From an uncultured archaeon (GTDB lineage: Archaea > Asgardarchaeota > Thorarchaeia > Thorarchaeales > Thorarchaeaceae), in NCBI GenBank assembly GCA_964610875.1, contig CAZSWP010000006.1, positions 36,660 to 100,659 on the forward strand: a stretch of DNA of 64,000 nt, written 5' to 3'. Position 1 is the stretch's first letter; each line of letters opens with the position of its first letter. Of this stretch, positions 48,166 through 58,100 are shown one piece after another. The position numbers and the translations under genes were made by a program. The notes under the pieces are model-generated. The model was not told the DNA's origin and did no database searches. It saw only the letters and a program-made list of their open reading frames with translations.

Positions 48166-51027
48166 CTAGGATTTTCTCTTATTTATGATAACGACAACAA
48201 TGATAATAATCACAGCGGCAATAGCTGCAATGATGATGATCATTGTATAATCTCCATCAGGTGGAGGTATAGTTGTGCCAGTGTCTGTTGTCGTATCAGT
48301 TTCTGTCGCTGTATCTGTTGTTGTAGTATCCGTTGTAGTGGTTTCCTCTGTGACTGTCACTATCACTTCATCTTTCACTGAATTGCCAGAGCTATCTGAA
48401 GCAATAATCGTCACATTGTGGACTCCAACATCAAGACTGAGGTCATCAACAAGCAATGTGACATTCACACCACTTGTCCATGAACCACTTGCCTCAGTAG
48501 TACCATTAACCTCAATCACATAGGTGTCTGGGTCAAGGTCTTCAAAGGTCCAGTTCAATTCATGACCCGTTGTACCTTCTTCAAACTCCAAGTCATCTGG
48601 ATTGTAGGTGATAGTCGGAGCTGTGGTATCTTCCACAGTGACAACTACAATATCCGATGCTGATAGACCATAGTCGTCTGTCACAGTAATTTCGAATGTA
48701 TAGGTTCCAATATCATATCCATTAAGAGATTCTGAATATGATTCTCCATCCCAAGGAGTATTTGTAATCTCAACAGAATTTCGTTCTACTACAAGTTTGT
48801 CTGGGTGGATGCTTGTGGACACCCATGTCACTGAAACTCCCGTATCACCGAATTCAAATGTGAAATCAGATGGGCTATCAATTCTAGGTCTTAGCAAATA
48901 GATAATCTCATTCATGTATATTTCAAATGCATCAGAGTATGTTGAGTCATCTGTATCACCATCATATGTCGTCAAAAGCATCCCGTTAGTAATGGCATTT
49001 CCATTTGCCCCAAGAACTATTGTTGCATTTGTTGTACTTGAGGAGCCAGATAGACCCGCTAATGCAGTTGCATTGTCATAAATACTCAGATTCACACCAT
49101 CTACGATGACATAGTCGTAAACTGCAGTGAAATTATCTGCATCATAATCTATTGGTGTATTGAACAATGGATGAATATCATCCCAAACATAGAAAGTCTG
49201 AGGTGAGGTATACTGATTTCCAGCATAACTAACTCCAAGATAGTCATACAAAGGAATCAATTCTTCGTTCAATACCGTGTTCATTTGCCATGTACTCAGC
49301 AGTAGTTTTCCCCCTGCGTTCAGATGATTCAATAGAGATGTGTTAGCACCATCAGTAAGATCTCCTGATGGCATATCTACAACAACTAGTGTCCAATCTT
49401 CTGTTGCTAAGCTGTGGTTGAAGTATTCCATGTCTGTTGTCATCAAGAAGGGAAACTCTAATGCATTCATTGCAAATGCAACAGGTCCTCTATAGGGATT
49501 AGCTTGATTCGGATTAGAAGAAGACCCACCAGTTCCAGCAAATACCAGCATATCTCCAGCTGTTAGCCAGTTATACATATTCACTGCAAATTCTCTGTTA
49601 TCGAGTGCATTAATATTTGTATCTCTGAATATAGCAAAATCAGCTATTACAGCTACTCTTCCCTCATCCACTTCTTCAAATGCAATAATTATGTTACCTG
49701 CGGTATCATTACAGACAGGAAAAGCTGGTGCTGTATAGTTTATTGTCCCAGGAGCTAGCGCTGACATTGAAGAAATACCTTCATGTGTGATATGCATATC
49801 CGCTGGGTAGAGAGTGTTTCCTCCACCACTGATGTTAAGTTTCAAGTTTGTATTTGATATTAGATAATTCAAGTTGTAGTTATAACTGGTCACGTGGTCT
49901 CCAATTACTACCAATGCCCCTCCAGATGATATCCAATTTGATACTGCTGTTACTTCTTGTGAAGTAAAATTGATTTTAGGTCCGCATATCATGAGCACAT
50001 CAAAGGACTCAAGATTCTGAGATGTTAGGTTACCAATACTGGATGGATACAGCTTGTCGAATGTATATCCCCTTGCCACAAGATCATTTCTCATAATTGA
50101 ATGTCCTGTGGAATATTGGGAAAGTCCCAAATCATATGAGTCAACACCATAGTACGGATTGTGAGTCATATCGTAAAGTACTCGTCCTTTAGGACTCGGT
50201 GTCAACCACTCTACTGCATCCACCATCATGGGTTCATAATCAGGAGGTGCAGCACCACCACTTGGGACGCCTATGTGCACAACTTTACCTCCTATTAAGC
50301 TTGAATCCAATGCAAGTGCTTTGATATTGTCTGAAGTATCATCATCTTCAACCAAGACAGTCAAGTCTTCTTCTTGCGTTAATCCTGAAAATGCTGACAA
50401 ATAGTACATTGCATAACCTCCAGTGGGATTAGTGAGAGTATCATCAATCTGATATGATTTTGAAACTGGGTGTCTATTAGCAACTACTCCGGTATCCTCA
50501 ATAATATACTGCCAATATGTTCCTCTTCCGTTACCACCTTCGGATTCAATCGGAAGGATGCCTGCATAGTTGAGATATTCGCATGATGTGTCAAAAGCAA
50601 GTATACCTCCACCACCAAGCCAGAATTCTTTTACTAAATGTGTAATGTTCTCATTTGGTACTAGGTCGGCAAGGACGAGTACATCGTAGTTTCCAGTTTG
50701 AAGTTCATGATTTTGAATATCTTGAAGATTCACTTCAGTTACTGAATATCCCGCATTCGTGAGTACACTTATGACCCATGTATTATTCAATTCCATAATA
50801 CCACTATCTACATAGGAAGGCTCCGTTGCATTAGTTGTGTTATAGACTGCTACTCTCGCATTCTTATCATTTGGAAGCCAGGAGAGTTCTGTATGTTGTT
50901 CAAGTGTTACATTATTTTGAGTGGATGTTTCCTGCAGGCGTGCTGGAGTACTTGTGACTCCTACAGGTACAATGAAAATACCCGCGAGAAACAACATTGT
51001 TACTATAAGTGGTAATACGCGTTTCAA
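48166..51027 (-). CDS. Membrane-anchored surface protein with tandem class-I GATase-like (DUF4350/GldG-like) domains and Ig repeats
   Basis: Signal peptide; YDVLVL..GGGIL, FDVLMI..GGALVVIGD, GGKLLL; DTTAP Ig repeats; Thr-rich linker; TM helix plus NKRKS. Confidence 0.75.
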   Translation of the reverse strand: MKRVLPLIVTMLFLAGIFIVPVGVTSTPARLQETSTQNNVTLEQHTELSWLPNDKNARVAVYNTTNATEPSYVDSGIMELNNTWVISVLTNAGYSVTEVNLQDIQNHELQTGNYDVLVLADLVPNENITHLVKEFWLGGGGILAFDTSCEYLNYAGILPIESEGGNGRGTYWQYIIEDTGVVANRHPVSKSYQIDDTLTNPTGGYAMYYLSAFSGLTQEEDLTVLVEDDDTSDNIKALALDSSLIGGKVVHIGVPSGGAAPPDYEPMMVDAVEWLTPSPKGRVLYDMTHNPYYGVDSYDLGLSQYSTGHSIMRNDLVARGYTFDKLYPSSIGNLTSQNLESFDVLMICGPKINFTSQEVTAVSNWISSGGALVVIGDHVTSYNYNLNYLISNTNLKLNISGGGNTLYPADMHITHEGISSMSALAPGTINYTAPAFPVCNDTAGNIIIAFEEVDEGRVAVIADFAIFRDTNINALDNREFAVNMYNWLTAGDMLVFAGTGGSSSNPNQANPYRGPVAFAMNALEFPFLMTTDMEYFNHSLATEDWTLVVVDMPSGDLTDGANTSLLNHLNAGGKLLLSTWQMNTVLNEELIPLYDYLGVSYAGNQYTSPQTFYVWDDIHPLFNTPIDYDADNFTAVYDYVIVDGVNLSIYDNATALAGLSGSSSTTNATIVLGANGNAITNGMLLTTYDGDTDDSTYSDAFEIYMNEIIYLLRPRIDSPSDFTFEFGDTGVSVTWVSTSIHPDKLVVERNSVEITNTPWDGESYSESLNGYDIGTYTFEITVTDDYGLSASDIVVVTVEDTTAPTITYNPDDLEFEEGTTGHELNWTFEDLDPDTYVIEVNGTTEASGSWTSGVNVTLLVDDLSLDVGVHNVTIIASDSSGNSVKDEVIVTVTEETTTTDTTTTDTATETDTTTDTGTTIPPPDGDYTMIIIIAAIAAVIIIIVVVIINKRKS

Positions 51028-51191
51028 ATCTCCACCTCCTTTAGTGATGAAATAGATTGTGATATAAGCTTGCGTTTTCCTTGTTATAGCTCAATTTTTG
51101 TCTTTTATCCGATGAAAAAGCATTTGAATTGCTTCTTTCGAAGCAGATATGAATAATTGGTAATTATCTAATGTGAGCGGAGATGAATGCT

Positions 51192-51530
51192 ATGGCACTT
51201 GAAGACTTGTCATATTGTGCTCTGAAATATAATGAATGTGAGGCGTATATCGCAACAAAGAATGATGATTCTACTCTACGTCAGGAGCTTGCGAAGAAAT
51301 GGAGTGGTCCTGACTACTAGGTGACTCCTGAGGACATTGACTGTATGGGCTGTAAATCAGAAGTTGGAGCACATGCTAAATTTTGTACCGACTGTCCTAT
51401 ACGTGGTTGTGCAAAAGAGAAAGACGTACTAACTTGTGCCCATTGTAAGGATTTCCCATGCGATATTGTGGAAAAATCTGGAGAAGCTAATCTCAATCGG
51501 CTTCAGGAGATTCTTGACTCTCTAAAGTAG
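51192..51530 (+). pseudogene. DUF3795 Cys-rich protein interrupted by an in-frame TAG (51318-51320)
   Basis: MALEDLSYCALKYNECEAYIAT...WSGPDY*VTPEDIDCMGCK...CPIRGCA...CAHCKDFPC. Confidence 0.7.
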
Positions 51531-52386
51531 GAACATCCTGTTCTTGATACTTGCTCAATAGGATTACACCAATTATTCCACATATGAGACCTATTGCATA
51601 GAATGGCACATTTGTCATGGTCTGACCGAAGATGTAGAGTCCTCCAAATATGACTGCAAACATACTAATTGTTCCCGTAATTGAATTGAATCTTGCCGCT
51701 GGATTGCGTTGAAGACCAATCGAGATTGTATAGACTGCTGCAATGAAAGTGAAGATGCCCAAGATTATGAGTGGGATTAACCCATTGATAAATCCTTCAA
51801 TTATATTGGATCCTGTGAATAATGCAAGTGTAAACCATTGTGTATACTGAGATGCTAATGCCTGCAATAGTGATGTTATTGGAGCCCAAAGAATAGATAT
51901 TTTTCGGGTCCCTGGAAACATCACAGCAATGCCAATCAGAAGAATGATTGAGTAGAGAAGGATTCCATCATATGTAGTGAATATCATCGGTTCTGTCACC
52001 CCACCTAATGCGATGAATACTGGAGTAAGAATGAGCATAATGATTCCGATGATCGCTTGTGCATCTATCTCTTCACCCAATCTACGATTCGAGAGAATCA
52101 CCAATGCAATAAGACCTACATTCATTAAAGGCTGCACTACAACGATACCTGCCATCTGAGTTGCAAGGAGATAGGTTAAGCCTCCAATCAATGATAATGA
52201 AAAGCCAAGCAACCATCTTTTATTCTTGAAGAGTGCACCAGTATGTTTCAATGCATCTGATGCTTCAATATTCTCCATAGTGCTAAGTGCCTCTTTCTGG
52301 ATTATCGGCGCGATATTCCACATTAGAGATGTGATGATTGCGAGAATGATACCGAGAAACACTCCCGTGATAATTATTTGCAGCAT
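51493..52386 (-). CDS. DMT superfamily (EamA/NIPA-like) membrane transporter
   Basis: IQKEA, WLLG, VVVQPL, RLGE motifs; about 9-10 TM helices. Confidence 0.75.
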   Translation of the reverse strand: MLQIIITGVFLGIILAIITSLMWNIAPIIQKEALSTMENIEASDALKHTGALFKNKRWLLGFSLSLIGGLTYLLATQMAGIVVVQPLMNVGLIALVILSNRRLGEEIDAQAIIGIIMLILTPVFIALGGVTEPMIFTTYDGILLYSIILLIGIAVMFPGTRKISILWAPITSLLQALASQYTQWFTLALFTGSNIIEGFINGLIPLIILGIFTFIAAVYTISIGLQRNPAARFNSITGTISMFAVIFGGLYIFGQTMTNVPFYAIGLICGIIGVILLSKYQEQDVPTLESQESPEAD

Positions 52387-52558
52387 TGGTAGTCATGTTT
52401 GATTCCTTGAGAGTTGCTAATAAGATGTGCTGTAGGTAGATTGCCCTTTGAATAATTGTTACTTTTTTTTTGCTATTGTACAAGATTTGTAGAATCATAT
52501 TCCTCCAAAAAGGAATTAAAAGATGAAACTTGAACCTTTTACTGCTGGTTGGTGAAGG

Positions 52559-53002
52559 ATGTCAAGAACGCACGCTAGTATTCTAGTTCTTCTTCTAATC
52601 TTAGTTATATCTTCGACTAGAACCGGTGTGGAATCTCCGGTTTCAGAAAGCATGGATTCTTCGAGCTTAGATATGGCATAGACTGAGAGTGGCAGGATTA
52701 TGGTATCTTCAGATGATGAATTTACCACTGCTGGGGTCACGTGTGATGGCACACAGAATAATCCCTATCTTCTTGAAGGAATAAACATAACCTATACGAA
52801 CGGTGTCACCGTTCTGTTCGACAAGAGAGAGCATTTTACTAGTATGCTCATAGCTCAGAAGTCAGTAAGTGAATTAAGGTACCGTCTTGAATCGTTTAGT
52901 TTGGATTTCGAAAATCGGCACTCGAAGGAACTAGAAAACTTCGACGGAAACATTGATTCATTCACTAAAACTACTGAGATTATTCGCCAGATCTTTAGTT
53001 AG
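52559..53002 (+). pseudogene. Internally deleted surface-protein relic with an in-frame TAG (52679-52681)
   Basis: Signal peptide, then *TESGRIMVSSDDEF...DGTQNNPYLLEGINIT (NosD-type start motif) joined directly to a cytoplasmic-type tail (LRYRLESFSLDFENRH..LENFDG). Confidence 0.55.
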
Positions 53003-53145
53003 TATGTTGTTAAGGAATGAGCATTGAAAAATGAATATATTAATGCTTGATTGACGTATTTCTTACATAGAATTTATTAAGAGGAAGTCTGGAAAAATCC
53101 ACAGCAAGCAATCGTGGGCTTGGAGCACAAAATTGAGGTTGCTTT

Positions 53146-55170
53146 ATGCCACCATTAAGAGAGAGAGAGAGAACAGTTGTAGGTATATTGTTAGTCGTAT
53201 TTCTAGTCTGTTCATTCTCAAATAATTACTCTCGTATAAATCATAATAACTGCTCTAGTACATGTGATCTCTCCTCTCCTGTTAACTTGGCAAAATATTC
53301 AGATATTGAAGAATCCTATATTCTTCCCAATTGGACTCATAAAACAACAAATCCTGAGTATATTCGTCCCATCGAAATATCTGATGACGGATCTACTATT
53401 GTTGAAGCAGCAGGGAATTGGTTACGTATTTTCAATAAAACTAGCAATCAGACTATTTGGTCTTATGATACACAATCAGTAATTCTTGATGGTGCTGTGT
53501 CAAAGAATGGTTCCTATATCACGATTGCAACATTTTCTGGTTTTCTTATTTTGTTTCACAGGTCATCGAGTACACCTTTGTGGATTTCGAATTGTAGTGG
53601 GTATGTCTACAAGACTGATATCTCTGACAACGGTTCCTATATCGTAGCAGGTGATTCAACTGGTTGTATCTATGCCTTTACTGTTCAATCCAATGAAAGC
53701 ATTTGGAGATATAACACTTCACAGCCAATTGTGAGTCTCTCGTTATCTAGTGATGGGTCTACAATAATTGGGGCATCAGTACATGATTGGGTTTACGTGT
53801 TTGATAATTCAGCCAATGAAACAATTTGGAAACGTGAGTTCTCAGAGAATGTTGGTGCAGTTTCCGTATGCAGGAACGGGTCTATCTTGGTTGTGGGAGC
53901 CCAAGAAGGTACGTTTCTATTCAGTAAAGTATCAAATGCGTCAATTTGGTCGTATGATGAGGAATTTGAGTATGTCCAGATTTCTGAAGATGGAACCACA
54001 ATAGCAGCAACTAACTCTGAAAACAACACCAATACACTGTACTTGTGGGATTCTAGCAGTAATAGGACATTATGGAAATATAATGGTACAGAGAGATTTA
54101 CAAAGGTTTCAATGAGCGAGTCCGGTTCAAAACTAGTTGCAGGTGGATATGGAAACGTCTCGGTAGTATTTACCCGTACATCTAACATATCAATACTTAG
54201 GCATCCCTGTGAATCTTACATCATTGATGTCGCGATGTCAGCAAACGGAACGCAGTTTGTAACTTCGTGTGGAGATGGTCATACATATTATTTCTCACTA
54301 AACGGTCCTCATCTTGTTGAAGTTACTATGGATAAAGAGTACTACAATCAATCAGAAATAGCGAATATTTCTGTAATGCTAGAGCGAGGGTCTTCTAGGT
54401 TGAATGAATGTTCAGTGAACTATTCAATGGATGGGATTAGTTGGAGTTCAAAGTTGATGAAGAACGAAACTCCACTAACAGATGATTTGGTAATATTCAA
54501 CACAAGTCTTGAACCATTAGCATCGAATATTAGTTTCTACATTATCGTTGGTGATTTACTTCAATATGAAATCGAATCAATGGAATACAATATTTTCGTT
54601 GATGGTATTGCACCTTGTATTCATACTATAAATCATTCACCTATAACTCCTTCATCAAATGATAATGTACTTGTTACTGCAAATGTCACTGACTCTTTTA
54701 GTGGTATAGAGGAAGTAGTAGTTAATTATAAAGATACCCGAAACACCGAGTGGATTCAAACTGACATGCATATATCAGGAAATTCACTTTATGAAGCAAC
54801 AATCCCTATGATGGCAAATGGTACAACAGTTCAATATTACATAGTTGTAACCGATGCAGTTGGAAACACAAATGTGGATGATAATGCCGGCGATTATTAC
54901 GAATACATAGTTTCAGACGAAGATGCCCTGACAATAACAAATACATCTTCAATCACTGAAACCAATCAAACCCCTGATAATTCAATGCTAATTCTTACTA
55001 TCATTCTTCTAGCTAGTTTGGCTTCGATTGCAACAATAGTAATTGTCTATGAACTGCATAGAAGAACAACAACCAACGAAGAAAAAGATTCCATTGTTGA
55101 GAACCAATCTGAAGTTTCGAATGAAGAAACACTAAACAAAACCCCGGAGAGAGAACCAAATGAAACTTAG
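53146..55170 (+). CDS. Membrane-anchored WD40/PQQ-like beta-propeller plus Ig surface protein
   Basis: About 8 repeats of IS.DG..I..G...F...S...IW; C-terminal Ig module and TM helix. Confidence 0.85.
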   Translation: MPPLRERERTVVGILLVVFLVCSFSNNYSRINHNNCSSTCDLSSPVNLAKYSDIEESYILPNWTHKTTNPEYIRPIEISDDGSTIVEAAGNWLRIFNKTSNQTIWSYDTQSVILDGAVSKNGSYITIATFSGFLILFHRSSSTPLWISNCSGYVYKTDISDNGSYIVAGDSTGCIYAFTVQSNESIWRYNTSQPIVSLSLSSDGSTIIGASVHDWVYVFDNSANETIWKREFSENVGAVSVCRNGSILVVGAQEGTFLFSKVSNASIWSYDEEFEYVQISEDGTTIAATNSENNTNTLYLWDSSSNRTLWKYNGTERFTKVSMSESGSKLVAGGYGNVSVVFTRTSNISILRHPCESYIIDVAMSANGTQFVTSCGDGHTYYFSLNGPHLVEVTMDKEYYNQSEIANISVMLERGSSRLNECSVNYSMDGISWSSKLMKNETPLTDDLVIFNTSLEPLASNISFYIIVGDLLQYEIESMEYNIFVDGIAPCIHTINHSPITPSSNDNVLVTANVTDSFSGIEEVVVNYKDTRNTEWIQTDMHISGNSLYEATIPMMANGTTVQYYIVVTDAVGNTNVDDNAGDYYEYIVSDEDALTITNTSSITETNQTPDNSMLILTIILLASLASIATIVIVYELHRRTTTNEEKDSIVENQSEVSNEETLNKTPEREPNET

Positions 55171-58100
55171 AAAGAAACAAATCATGATTATTATGTTCAG
55201 TGCTTTTCTTTTTGTAGCACTGGTTGGAATGCTGGATGTATCTGCAAGGGACATTGATCCTGGAGATGGAGGTGGTAGTACTACCAGCGATAATGTCATT
55301 GAAAATGGTGACTTCGAAGATAATGTGGATGGATGGACTACAGCGGGTACAGGAGAAAAAACTCGATACTGGAGAGATTATGCTGGCGATTATTCAATGA
55401 AACTAGATGCTACTCCTGTCCCATATTATTCAGGATTTAGCTGGAACTACGATTGTAGGTATTCTGCTTCTCAAGATATCACAAATGAACTCGTGACTGA
55501 AGATACTCGATTACATTTCGCAATGTACTTGGATCACACATCTCTCTGGGGTACTGCTGTATTGATCCTTGACATTGACGATTCAGATACCGATTACAAT
55601 ACTGACTTCTCTCTCTGTTATTATGTGAGTGATACAACGAATCATGGCGATTTCAACTTCCTTGGAACAAAATACTACACATTCAAGATTGGTGATACTC
55701 AAGACGAATGGATTTCCGATGTGAGACATGTATACAATGATCTTGAAAGTAAAGGTGAAGATAGTCATAATTATCGAATTACAGAAGTGCGTTGTCATGT
55801 ACAAGGTGGAGGTATAGGACTCGGTTTAAATGCTGAATGTGTGGGGTTATTCGATGATCTATATCTTGGTAGCAATGCTCCTGATATCTCCATATCATCA
55901 CCCGGAGCCGGAGCTTATCTAAGTGGAACAAAAACAATTTCTGGTTCAACCTTCGACTATCGTAAGAGGGGTTTCGATTATATAAAGGTAAAATGCTATG
56001 AAACTGGTAATTGGATTGACCGCATACTCACACCCTCTTTCACTGCAACAGGAACAACATCTTGGTCGGTGGAACTTGATACAACACAGTATCCTGACGG
56101 TGCACGAACAATCTATGCATATGTTAAAGACACATGCGAAACAGTTTCATCTTACTCAGTGGATGTAATAGTAGATAATACTGCACCATCTGTTTCAGTA
56201 ACATCCCATTCCAATAATCAATTTGTGAAGGGCACGATTACTGTAAAGGGCACAGCAGCAGATGTGACAGCTGGTCTGAAAAAAGTCGAATACAAGATTG
56301 GTGATGGCAGCTACTCAAGTACAACAGGAACGGATACTTGGGAATTCGATTTCGATACAACATCAGTTGATGATGGGTCATATACAATAACTGTCAAAGC
56401 AACTGACAATGCCTTAAATGTAAAAGAGAAATCGTTTATTCTCAAAGTGGATAACACAGGTCCCGCCACTGGTACAGTAACTTTCACTCCTCAAGCTGGA
56501 CCATCTGGAACTATATTTTCAATATCTGTAGCCAGTATCTCCGATGGAACGGGTTCTGGAGTCAAGAGTGCTAAAGCTTACATTTTGGATCCCAAAGGTA
56601 ACACAATCACCTTAGATATTGAATATACAAATGCAAATGGTTGGAGTGCTTCTCTTACAAGGTCAAGTACTGACCTACAAGGAACTTATACGCTAGACAA
56701 GATTGTTGCGAAAGATAATCTTGGCAATACCAAAACCAAGGACTTGGATCTTAAGGTTATATACGACCGAAGTAGTCCAACCGTTAGTCTTTCATCACAC
56801 AACAACCATGATACAATTTCTGGAACTACAATTCTATCAGGTCCAGCAGATGATGCCTACTCTGGAGTCAACTACGGACGACTCTACGTTGACAATCAGT
56901 TGTACGGGACAATCAATCTTGGAGATGGTCAATGGAATTACTCATTATTGACGACTGATCTTGATGATGGCTATCATCATTTCAAGGTGGTTCTATACGA
57001 TAATGTGGGTTATTCAAGGTCCATTATCTTCTTGCTTGTGGTTTCCAATGATGGCATAAGTGTACTGCCATTTATTCCTGTTATTGATGAAAATGACAGA
57101 TATATCACATCTTGTCGAGTCATGAATGGTGACTCACAAGTAGTAATAGCCCTTGTTATTCCTAACTCGATGGTAAGTACACAAGCAAGACTGATGATAC
57201 CTGAACCCTATCTATCAATGTGGACTCTCAATGATATGACGTATGTAGATGGCGAAAATACAGTCAGTTTTAGAGGGGCAGAATCGTACGGATCTCATAG
57301 CATAGAATTTCCAATCTTCACCGAGAATTCTTATGACCTCCGAACCAGATCTGTTGCACTTGCTTGGGATAAGTCAGAAATAGATTGGTCATTGTCTACA
57401 ACTGATTTTGATATTGAACAATACCAGATACATCAGATTTCAATTAGTGCTTCAGTTGGTGGTGAGATACCTTACGGTGTTCCTCTTGATATTCTAGTCT
57501 ATGCACTTCAAGACAACAAAATTTACCTCTTAGGTACTGGTACAATAAATCAAGTTGGTGAAGCTCTAATAGACATTAGTATTGGGAACAATCCAGAATT
57601 AGATCCAGGCGAATTTGGTATATTTGTACGTGTGTCTGGAGATCACGAATCAGTCTATGATGTCACAACTTCTTCTTCTGCTCTGTTCAGTGGTTTCGCA
57701 TTCTATGAACAAAGCAGTTGGTCCTTTACTCCATCTCAATCTGAAATTATTCATTACACAGCAACAGTATATGACCAACGACTTGTTGTAGTAAAGGTCT
57801 TCATCACTGATTCCAGTGGCATTAGAAGTAGTATGATTGGTCAGAGCATTCAGGTGTATATCACTGGATCTGGTACTGATTTAACTAAGATGATTTATCA
57901 GACCAATCACAACGATGGCACATACGCGTTATTCAGCTACGACTTTATTACATCTGGATCCTATAGCTTGGAATTTGACTATCTTCCAATTGGATATTAT
58001 CTTGATGTCGAAAATCACACCATTACTGTGACACTCGAAACCCAACGTCCTACTAGTATCGATCTTTCAAGTCCAATTTCTAGTGGTGTTGGAACACCAA

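Noticed and set aside
52283-52498. 71-aa minus-strand ORF with a GGAGG RBS and an A-tract upstream of the DMT gene
   Set aside because: It overlaps the DMT gene out of frame and the product has no recognisable features; a frameshift model could not be supported.
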